Part shown: positions 53,069 through 64,000 of the stretch, one piece after another | Layout: every line of letters starts with the position of its first letter | How positions within the stretch are numbered: position 1 is the stretch's first letter | Origin: Rhizophagus irregularis | Taxonomy: Eukaryota | Assembly: GCF_026210795.1 (NCBI RefSeq) | Contig: NC_089431.1 | Span: 1,364,001 to 1,428,000, forward strand | Reading direction: 5' to 3' | DNA: 64,000 nt | The notes under the pieces: model-generated | Seen by the model: the letters and a program-made list of their open reading frames with translations, nothing else | What the model was told of the DNA's origin: nothing | The model's database searches: none | Made by a program: the position numbers and the translations under genes

Positions 53069-55317
53069 CATTGCCGATTAAAAGCGTATTTCACCGACAT
53101 CACATTTTCCGAAACCATTTTAACGAATCCCTATTTTGCCGACAAGCCAAGGAATATTTTCAATGATATAAATTTTTTTGTTTCTAAATTCTAACTGTTC
53201 TATCTGAAAAAAAAATAGAGAAAGGATTACAAATTGGTGCTATATAATCTTGAATGCATTTTGTAATCAGTTCTTTTACTTGAAAATTAAGGCGCAGTAA
53301 AGGAGTGAGGCGCAGTTAATAAATTTTCGGCAAGTCGGGTAATTTACATGGAATCGCATACTTTGAGGAGTCGTCCAGAGAATTTTATAATGCCCTAGAC
53401 ATTATCCGCCAACTGTCTCGTCCCACCCTATTTGAAAGAAAAATTTTCAATTATTTAATTTATGCATAAAAAGTCATAATTTTACCTAGAGATTTGAAAA
53501 TTACTGCCATTTAATTCGTCATGACAGGATTTGGGCTATATATGACAAGTTCTATAATCACCTATCTCTCTTTGAGAACTACATGAGCAGATGGCAATTT
53601 ACTATTAAATTTATTCGCATAGTAAATATTGATCACCTTCTGGATATAATGATAAACGAAACCAATTTTAATAATAGATCTCCAACAAATAAACAAAATA
53701 ATATTATTATCAGAAAGAATCAAAAGTGACTGGTCAAAATCATCCTAGAGTTTATAATGTTGATTTCGGAAATTTTGACCAGTTATATACATTGTACAGT
53801 AATTAAATTGATCGTAATTATGGATATGGAGCTTCCTTAACGTACGCCGTGTACAACCTTAATCTGCATTCTGGGCGGAATTATGACATTAATGGAATAT
53901 TGGCTCTGTGATCTCCGCATGATCTTAAATCCGCTCACAAATTACATTAATAGTAGCGCACATTATTTGTATATAGCACACATCTGTAAGAATCTTCACA
54001 TAATCAAAAATTATCATGTATGCTACTCTGAACGACATCAGAAAATTATTTAATGTGACATATAAGACATATAATGCGTGGGAATAAGTAAAAAAAATAT
54101 GACAAAAGACAAGTCGGTCACGTGATGGCATTTTATATCGCGATAAATCGGATATCATGTTCGATATATCTGGCCCTCAACCAATGGTTGGGCCACCCTA
54201 TCTCTTCATCGAAAGGGTGAGGTCCCGGCGCTGGGATGAATATCGATTTTCCATCTTCATAGAATCCTCTTTGTCTTTTTTTGTACATACGATTGTTTTT
54301 GGGATGGATCCCGATAAACCACTCTTTTAAGAAATAAAATAAATAAATAAATATAACTGGCCCTTTACCTTTCTGGTGTGGGCTGTAGTGTTTCGTGTCG
54401 TGTATTATAGCTTCCCTTTCCACCAGAGAATTCTTTTTGTACTACTTCTCGAACTACTAATATAACTTCCTGTAGTCGTTACTGTTAACGTATTTTTCTG
54501 TGAAATAAAAATAAAAGTACCTTGCCCCTCCTCGCTCTTAATTAGTCCGGTCGAACCTATTGACTCAAAAATAACAGGCATGATGATTCCTTTTTGGGAT
54601 TAGGTAGTAGTAAATATAGCTTAGATTATATTTTTCTAAGTAGTATTAATAAATTGATCTATATTTTTTTACGCCTCTGTACTTGTCTGTCTACATACTA
54701 AAAACAGCTTTACGCAAAACTTTATTAAATACATGCTAAAAATAAAAATAATAATAAAAACAAAATATTCGACATATCAATGTATCGAAGTTAGAATCCA
54801 GTATATCAAAATTTACAAAGAAAAAAAAAAGCTATTTTTATACTTTAATTGAGGGGTTAAAAATTAAAAATAAAATAAAAATTCTATATGATATTTACAT
54901 AGAAGAATTTTGGTTTAAAATCTTAATTCCAGTCGATATGATTAATTTTGATCAAAATCAAGTTTTTCTATATAAATTAATATAAAGTTAATATAAATTA
55001 ATACCATTTTTTTTGGAATCAAATCCGATTTATAAAATATCACAAATTTTTACTGTATATCACGATATGACAGATTTGGTTTCAGAAGAAAAAATTCGAA
55101 ATAACACCCTTATCGAAGGTCCAGTTTATCATTGTACAGCCCAAATTTGGACCAAAACAAACCTCTTAGTAGGTATTTCAAAACTCGACCAAAAATTGTT
55201 AATATTCGCGCGTTTTTATATGTTCCCTCAAATTTTGTTCATAATATAATTTTTTTTTTTACAATATAATAAAAATAATATAAAACTTGATCGAAAATAT
55301 TATATACATGCTATATA

Positions 55318-55840
55318 CAGTCAGAACACCGATTTTGACTCTACGATTTTTTTTCTCAACCCAAATCCACGTATAATTAATTTTACTACTATATAGTATA
55401 TACCGATTTTATTATAAATTTCGTGATATACAGTAGCTATACCGACTTTAAGCTGTAAACCAGTTATATTATATTATTCGCAATAAGCCGATACCGATTT
55501 TTGATACCCATGAAATAACAAGTATTTTATTCTATATGCCGATTTTTCATCGATCTTCACCAAAGAGAGTAAAGATAACAAGATGCAAGTTAAATATCAA
55601 GACAAATTTTTCGCCCCTTTTATTATCTCTTTATTATCGTTATGTCTACAAATAAGTGTGTTACTTTATCTGTAGCTCATGTTTTATAAATATAATGCGT
55701 CTATTATAAAAAAAAAAATTGATAAACCGAATTATAAAAAATTTACATATTAAGTTCGGTATAACAAGAATATTTGATTTACCGAACTTTCGGTATAACG
55801 ACTTAAATCACCCGAAAGGAGGAAGGTTCGTTATATCGAG
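55318..55840. mobile_element. Degenerate pogo-like element related to the 7348 MITE
   Basis: Left end TA|CAGTCAGAAC. The distal TTCGGTATAAC repeats and TTCGTTATATCG resemble the right subterminal region of 7348-7456. The right terminus is missing. Confidence 0.45.
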
Positions 55841-58269
55841 AAATGTGAACTTTTTTTTCTATCGGAATAAAAAAATGGAAAATTTGGTAAATTTGGTTCG
55901 AATGTCTAATCTAGTCATTAATTTTAATAGAAAAATATCTTTTTTTTTTTTTTTTTTGAAAATAAATGTCGCAATAATAATAATAAAGTAGTAATAAGTA
56001 AGGAAAGTAAATCAAAGAATCCAATAAAATTGTGGTACAAAATATTTTTTTTTTTGATGATTCTGCAATCAATGCAATCAATTTTACGAAAATATTTTTC
56101 TTTCAAAACAAATCAAGTTTTACTATCAGAGTACAAGATAAAAACAATATAATTTATGTACAAGATAATATGAGGACTTTTTTGTGTAATTGTAACGTAT
56201 TCTTTGTGGCTTTGAAAATCATAAATGAAGAATTACGAATAGATGCTCCCCCAATTTAACTTTGTTGTTTCACTACAGAAATTAAAAGCTTTCATTTTTT
56301 TTATATTTCCATATTTTGGTTAAATTTGATTAAGATTATCTGATTTATTAGAACGAAAACAAAAGCTTTTGAGAATAAAAAAAAAATAAAAAAAGCTGCT
56401 GTTGCTGCTGATATTATTTATTAATGTTTCATTCTAGAATGAACGGCAATGGTTTATTAGTTTATATAGATTTCCACACAGCATAATTGACAACTTGCTT
56501 TTTTAGAATATAACATTTATTACATAATCAAAAACGTTTCAAGATTAATATATATAATAAATAAAAATAGAAATTATTAACACATTTTAGGATATAACGT
56601 AAATTATAATCACAATATAAAAAGAGATTATTATTATTATTATTATTTGACATGCAAATTTTATTTTTTATACATGAAACCCCTAAATAAAGAAGAAAAA
56701 AAAAATAATATTTTAACAACCCGTAAAAATTAAAATATTATATGTTGTATTTCGGATATTTGATTAGTCGGTTTGTGTTTAAAAAAAAAAAAAATTGACA
56801 TTTTATAAAAACATTAAAATTTAATTTTACCTGAATAAGATTAATATTATTCATTTGCGGCATATATTTGCAGCATTAGGCAACGGATATGTTATGCATA
56901 TATGCGATGTAAAATGAAAAAGCCGATTTTCAGGTATTTTACATTTTTTACGTCAGATATTACGTTACCACAATTCAAAAATTTCCGAGAGTTAGTAAAT
57001 GATGAGCCCGAACATTTTTTTTTTTTTTTTTTCAAACAGTAACAAGTTCAAACAGATATAATATAGATCGAAACTTTTGTTTCACAGCAAGGGCCTTTTA
57101 AAATTATTATCGAAACAAACATGTTATAATACATTTGATTTTAATATAATGTTATGTTACATCACATATTACCGCAGTCCGGTTAATGTATTAGTAAAAA
57201 ACAGGGATCTTTATTCTTCCTAAATAGATGCATTTAAGTAATTCACGCGGTAAGACCAACCGAAATAGATAAAAGTTTATGTTTTCTTACACAGTTTTAA
57301 GATTAATTTGGCAAAAAAAAGAGTAAAATGGCGTATAAAAGAGTAAATGGCGTATAAAAAAAAGAAATGTATTATCTTTCATTGGGGTAATTTTTTTTTT
57401 CTCTCTCTCTTTTGATCTAAGACTAATACAAAACGGAAAATTTTATTTTTATATTGCGTTGGTACATAAATTGTAAATTTTTGATTTCCCAAGTAAGTGG
57501 TCCACGATTTCCCAATCTCTTCCCGGAACTGGTATAATCATTATGCATTAATAATTTTGGACATATTTTAGGTGACACGAGAACGATAAATAATGCGAAA
57601 ATGGATCATGTATATAAAAGTTATAGCAAATCTGGGGCCCTTAAATATAATAAGGAACAAATAGGAATATAAAAAAATTATGAATTGGATACAATATTAT
57701 TAAATTATTGAATCATTATAATATCTTGTATGACAGAAGAATCAAACCATGTTTCGAAGCACAAATGAAAATTATTAATATTAATGTCTTCTAGGTATAT
57801 GGAAACAATGAATTTACAAATTAGATTCATTATTTGAGGTACATAAAAATAAATAAATTATTCAAAAATTTATCTTATTACACATCAAAAAAAGGCATCG
57901 GTTTTATCTTTTTTTTTTTTGTATCAGTTTTTTTTTTAAAGTTTGTTACGTAAGATTTTATTTTTAGTAAAAAAAATGTATATATATAAAACCATTAAAA
58001 GGAAAAAAACTTTTTTCTTTCTTTATACTCAAACTTGCAAAAATAGTTTGGTTGCATTTTGGGGCTTTATTTATTTATTAATTAGCATATTTTGTATACA
58101 ATACATTTCTTTTTGTCTTTTACGGCAAATTTTACATTCCTTAAAAATCTTTTTTTATACCATTTTTATATTGTATTTTATTTATCTTTTTACATTCTTT
58201 TATAATTTTTTATTAACCTTGTTCTAATTTGAAGAACAAATTACATTCTTTTATTATTTTTTATAAATA

Positions 58270-59286
58270 ATGGGTAACACACCATCTTATCAATTTAAAC
58301 TTAATAGAACTAAATGTCCAATTAGTTACGGTCGTAATAGTAACGATTCATTTAAATTTATTAACGGTAGAAAATTTTTAAAGGATTCCGATAAATATAT
58401 TCTACCAAGCGATGAGAAGGAACTTGATAGGTTACATGTACAACATGATTTACAAATACAAATATGGAATTCTCATTTTTCTTCTCCAGTTGAATCAATC
58501 TTGAAATCAGGAGGAGCAGAAGTTCTTGATGTCGGTTGTGGATCAGGAAATTGGTTATTAGAGATGGCAACGAATTACCCTTCATCTAATTTTACAGGAA
58601 TTGATATTTTACCTTTATATCCTTTGGATACTCATCCTTTGAACGTAATATTTGAATCAGTTGACGTTTCAGCAGGTTTACCGTTTCCTGACAATCACTT
58701 TGATTTTATTCATCTTAAATGTTTGCTTAGTACAATGTCAGAAAAATATTGTAATATGAAAACATTATATAATGAATTAATAAGAGTATTGAAACATGGT
58801 GGTTGGATTGAAATAATGGAACATGATAATGAAATAATTAATCCTAGTCCAACTATGAAATTTTTCTGCAGTTCATGTGAGTTATAATTTTTTCAATTAT
58901 TTTAATTATTTTAATTATTTTTCCCCCTTTTCCCTCTTTTCCCCTTTTCTGATAAAAATTATAAATTATTAGATCAAGCGTTATTACGTCAACGTGGAAT
59001 CAATGTGTATCTATGCCGTGAGATCCCTAAAATTCTCGACAGACATGGATTTATCAATATTCATAATGAAGAGAAGATAACATATCATGGGGAAAAAAAT
59101 GGAACTATTTGTGAATTGAGTATTAAAAATATCATCTCAATTTTTTCAACATTAAAAAGTTCAATTTTAGAATTCACGAGCATAAATTCAGAAAAATTTG
59201 ATAACTTATTACAAGATCTTATCAAAGAAGTAACCGAATGTGATAGTGGATTTAAAACGCAAAGATTTTTTGCGCAGAAACCTTAA
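58270..59286 (+). CDS. Class I SAM-dependent methyltransferase (LaeA-like), ~306 aa. Exons 58270-58876, 58973-59286
   Basis: 921 nt in frame. FINGRKF...YILPSDEKELDRLHVQH, VLDVGCGSGNW, FTGIDI, LPFPDNHFDFIH, RVLKHGGWIEIME, RFFAQKP. Confidence 0.93.
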
Positions 59287-60499
59287 TGAATTACATCCTT
59301 TAAAAAAAAAACAAAAATTTTTAAAAAACACAACATTCCTTTCTTCCTCCCCTCCTCCTAACTTTATTAACATTTAACTACAACAAACCTTTTTTTATCC
59401 AATTTCATTCGAATTGCATTATTTACAATATATCTCGCCTCTCCTTTATTTTTTCTTTCAGTTATAATATGAACAGCTTTTCTTGTAATATAATTAAGGA
59501 TTACACGGAGAGTTTTATGTATATTATTTTTTCAATTTATTATTGGTAAAAAAAAAAAATGATGGTACGTGAAACGGGTCACGTAAACTGTTATATATTT
59601 TCAATTCAATAATAATAATTATTTTATTTTTAATTAACATTTTTTTTAATGGGTGTCATTTTTTAATCTAACACTTTGTATATTCAAAATTTTTTTTTAA
59701 CATCAAAAAAAAAAATCATAATCATTCATTTTTTTTTCATTTGTGAATAATTTTTTTTATCATCTCAATCATATTTTTTTTTTTGTTTTGTTTATACATA
59801 CATAATACAATATTATACATATTTTCCACTTTTTCCCACTTTTTCCCATCGCTCAAAACAAATAAATTCAGTTTACTTCATTGAAATTTTCCTTTTTAAA
59901 AAACGTATATTTTTAAAAAAGGAATCGCCCAGGTCTTATTATTATTATTATTATGTAATAAGTATTAAACAAATGATAATAATAATAAAAAAAAAACGAT
60001 GAATGAAATAAAATTTTTAATTAAAGTGGTGATTTATTGATGCATTATATTTGTACTTCTTTTTTTTTAAACAAAAAAATTTTTTTGGTACCATTGATGC
60101 TCGTTCGTAAACTCGTGATACGTAACAACTCGACGTCATTTAAATAACAGATGTTTAATAATTAAGTTTACGTTTAGCAAGCAGACTTATGTAACAAACG
60201 TAAAATTGTTTTCTTATTAAATAAATAATAATAATTAAAAATATTTAACTGGTTTTGTTTTAATCTCAGAATTTCAAATAATAATTAATGATTATAAAGC
60301 ATCTAAAACTCATTAGGAAATCATAGAATTTTCCAACGAAATTTGTAAAGGATAAAAATTAAATAGGAAATCAAAGAATTTTCATGTGAAAAAATATTTT
60401 ATTTGTTAAAAAACTATAAAATCATATATATATATAAATTATTTTAATTACAAAAAAAAGGTTCAACCCATTTTATTTTATATAATAAAGAAAATCTAC

Positions 60500-60615
60500 A
60501 CGACTATACTTTATAGTCCATATCCAGACTATACTTTATAGTCCATATCACGACTATACTTAATAGTCCTATACTTTATAGTCCTTAATCACGACTATAT
60601 TTTATAGTCCTTATC
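60500..60615. repeat. Tandem ~26-bp repeat with an internal palindrome
   Basis: Four full copies and one partial copy of ACGACTATACTTTATAGTCCATATC. The core GACTATA-CTT-TATAGTC is a hairpin. Confidence 0.85.
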
Positions 60616-60682
60616 ATGACTCTAATGTAGGATGGAATAAATATTTTTTGAAATTAATGTCAATATATACTCTATATATATA

Positions 60683-61765
60683 TTAATTAATGTTCTTATG
60701 CTCGCTTTCATATTGTTTAATTTCTTTCTTACAATTACTATCATCATGAATATGAAAACCAAAATAACCTCTGTCTTGATCACAAATCCTTCCTTCTCTG
60801 GCGGCAAGATAAGTTAGTAAAGTTTGATCTTGACGATGATTTGCCCTACTACTTCCAGGAGGTGCGATACAATCTTTTTCTAAAGCACATTCGTACCAAG
60901 AATCAATCAATGATTGAGTACGTTTAGTGTCAAATGCTATACTTGCACCATTACAATTTGGTAAATTATCATATTTTGTATGATCATCATTAAAGTAATC
61001 ATAAATTCCTGGATGAGTCCAATTTATCATTAAACCGGGTGATGAAGGTGAAACGAATCCATTACTTTCATCTAAAAATTTATTAACATTTCGAAAAAAT
61101 TTTTCTTGAACTTTGGTTCCACTATCCAACCAAATTATAACACCAGGATATTTTTGTGATATTTCGTAAATCATTCCAGGTTTCCAAGCGTATTCCCCTC
61201 TTGCAATACTTATATTCCAGAATGATGGATATTTTGACCAATCAAATAATTCCACTTTTGTTAAATATCCTTTATTTTGTAAATCACTTAGCTCTTCATT
61301 TTGTTTGTTTGACAATCCTAGATCATATACAATTATTCTTGTCTTAGTTTGGGACTCTTTTATTGTCTCATGGATAGTGTAAAGAAAACTTTTTAAGGGA
61401 CAAAAATGATTTTTGCTCGCTCCTGTTATAATTGTAGGTAAAATATCATTAGTTAAATGTTCATCTGTTTCTTCATCCTCTAAACCCTCGTATTTATCAT
61501 CCTTAATGTCATTCGTATAATTTCCTTTCAATTTTTCATACTCATAATCTAAGATAAATAATATATATATATTTTTTTTTTCAAAGAAAGAAAGAAAAAT
61601 TAGTAAAATTCACTTATACATTTAAAAAGAATAAAAAAAAAATAATACGCTACCTTTAAAAAGTTCCGAATCAGGATATACATGTAAGTATATTCTTGTC
61701 ATTAATAAAGTTACTATGAATACTATTACTAGAACCAGAATTTTTTTTCTAATCGAATTCGACAT
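60683..61765 (-). CDS. DUF1647-like type II membrane protein (putative glycosyltransferase-like), ~325 aa. Exons 61765-61654, 61548-60683
   Basis: 978 nt in frame. N-terminal anchor MSNSIRKKILVLVIVFIVTLLMTR, then an acidic stem. Motifs: IITGASKNHF, IIVYDLGLS, YAWKP, IIWLDSG, W..CALEKDCIAPPGS, NHRQDQ. Confidence 0.82.
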
Positions 61766-63629
61766 ATTTTGTTAGTAAATAATATGTATGTGTATGTAAC
61801 TTAATATTTGTTTTTCTTTATATTGAAAATTATTACTAAAAAAAAGAGCTAATTCTTTGGGGGGGGAGGGAAAAAAGGAAGGAAAAGGGTCAGCGATAAG
61901 AAGAAGAAGAAGAAAAAAAAACAATATTATGCAAATAAAGTTTTAAACTTTTTTTAAACCATAAAAACTTTTTTTTTTTTTTTCGTTCCAAATTAGATTA
62001 TTTTAAGAGAAAGAAATTTCCTTATGTTCGGGTAATACAATATATTTTTGGCTTAATAATGACAAATTAATAAAACAAATTATTTTTAGAAATATAAAAA
62101 AAAAGATACCCTTTTTTTTTACCTAATCTGAATTTTTTGGGGGATTACCACATTTACCACAGTAAATTCCTAAATAAAAAAAACTCCGATTTAAAAAAAT
62201 AAATATTTGGTACTAACAATTTATCACGACATGATTACTTGCAGATATAATAGGTATAATTAAAATAAAAAGTGATAAAAATGGAATGTTCCAAAAAAGA
62301 TTATGTTATATACCGGCAATTCACTATTTGGATTATTATTATTTTTTTTTTCATTCTATGATAATACTATTTACATTAAATCAATCATTTTTTTTTATTG
62401 TTTGGTCGTACAAATAGTAGTTCTCTCCATTTTCACTCTTTGACATTAATTATTATTATTATTATTTTCTTGTGTAATTCAAAAATTGCCGTATTTGTTT
62501 TTTTTAAAAAAAAAGTTTTTGTTTAAATGAAATTTTTTACATTTTGTTATTTATTTTACGTTACTAACGATGTAAATAAAAAAAAATTAACTCTAACATA
62601 CATATACCAAAAATTTTATTACTATTGAACGAAAACTTCTAGTACCAAACGATCGTCTAACTTTTTTTACTTTTTTCCGAATGATTGATTTCATTAACGT
62701 GAAACCATAAACAAACAAAGAAAAATTATATTTACAAAATATATTATTTAGATAATCATTAAAAAATGATTTTTGTCAATAGTTAACATACAATGATTTA
62801 AATATTACCCGGTGATACATATTTTCGGATAATAGATTATGATGGTAATAGTTCTATTGGTTCTCATATAAAAATTATAAAGAAATGTAACGATTATAAT
62901 CAGTAATGGTTCCGATCTTTATCACTTTTCACTCTTACGTCACATCTTGTCATACTCCTCATTGAACTTTTATTAGGAGAATTGTTTATGTAACAAAGTT
63001 TTCGCGATTAAAAATAATATATATTACAAAGTATGAAGTTTCTATAATGGAAATACTAACAAGTAAATATAATATATATATATATTCGTACTGTTAAGTG
63101 TTAGCAAGCAAGACTTCGAGAGTGTCAAAGAAAAATAATAAATTGGCAAACAAGAAAATCTCCGTAAGCGCATGCTTTACGATACTTATCATACATCATA
63201 TGATATTTGCCAAGCGTTTGCCAAGAATTAATTTTATTACCTTTATTTGATAATTAATTAATTAATTATAACTAGTTAAGATTTACAGTATCGCAAGTAA
63301 CATAAATCAAAAAATGGCTTTTTCTTTCTTCCTTAAAAGACCAGCTGAAACCTTTCAATTTGTTTATCAAAGAAGTGAAAAAAGGTTAGTTAATTTTTGA
63401 TAGATTTGCAGGACACTTTTATAATTCCGCTTTTATCTTACAAAGCTTTAATTATGTCACAAAAATTCTTGTATATCACTTCTTCACGTGATATATTATG
63501 ACGCGAAAATAAATTAAATGGTTAATACCTACAGAATTTCCTACATTATAAATAAATCCTACCTTGTATAATTGATTCCAATATCAGTATAATAGAAAAT
63601 AGACAAGAATGAAATGAAATGATTTACGT

Positions 63630-63795
63630 GGGTATCGGGACTTTTTCGCCAAAGTCCATTTCACCGAACCCATTTCGACGAAGCTATTTCGCCGAAGCAA
63701 TTTCGCCGAAGGGAATTCGTTGAATTGCCATTACAAACATTTTACCAAACGACTATTTTGTCGAAGGAACATTTCGTCGAAGCCATTTATACCAT
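63630..63795. mobile_element. Probable left arm of a DNA transposon with ~14-15-bp subterminal repeats
   Basis: GGGTATCG start followed by about nine ATTTCGCCGAA-type units. Similar units occur at 53075-53145 and in 51454-51816. The other end is not in the window. Confidence 0.55.
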
Positions 63796-64000
63796 CAATT
63801 TTTTTTTTCGTGTTTATAAATTGAAAGCAACGTAATTATGCTATAAATGAATGGAAATCGACGAAGGAATTTTTTTGTTTTTCCTTTTTCTTTTATACAA
63901 GATAAACGAATTATTTTACATTAGATTATTTGTGATTCGCGGAATTTATTAGATCGAAAAATAGTAAAAGGAAATATAATTTTTTCCCACATCATCTGTC

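Noticed and set aside
53800..54600. GC-richer minus-strand relic including ORF 54133-54423 (…PAPGPHPFDEEIGWPN…)
   Set aside because: Faint resemblance to repeated endonuclease-like fungal families, but too degraded to support a call without a search.

Overview
Very AT-rich eukaryotic DNA with short spliceosomal introns and long low-complexity intergenic regions. The gene families and degenerate kinase and transposon fragments fit an arbuscular mycorrhizal fungus (Glomeromycota, Rhizophagus-like); that taxon is an inference. I spliced the genes by hand. There are nine complete genes whose joined exons stay in frame: a TPR + metallo-beta-lactamase-fold fusion, a Clr2-like silencing protein, a Kch-family K+ transporter, a tail-anchored unknown protein, three LaeA-like SAM methyltransferases that all start MGxxxS, a 230-aa unknown protein and a DUF1647-like type II membrane protein. 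The 5' part of an aldo-keto reductase runs off the left edge and contains a GC-AG intron. A ~2 kb mosaic of decayed gene pieces (integrase, kinase, ARPC1, mitochondrial uL2) lies at 15.6-17.7 kb. Many small non-autonomous DNA transposons have readable TIRs and TSDs. One of them is nested and appears to have brought or created its own (TA)n flanks. Several minisatellites are present. I found no rRNA, tRNA or CRISPR array. Family assignments come from remembered motifs, not database searches.
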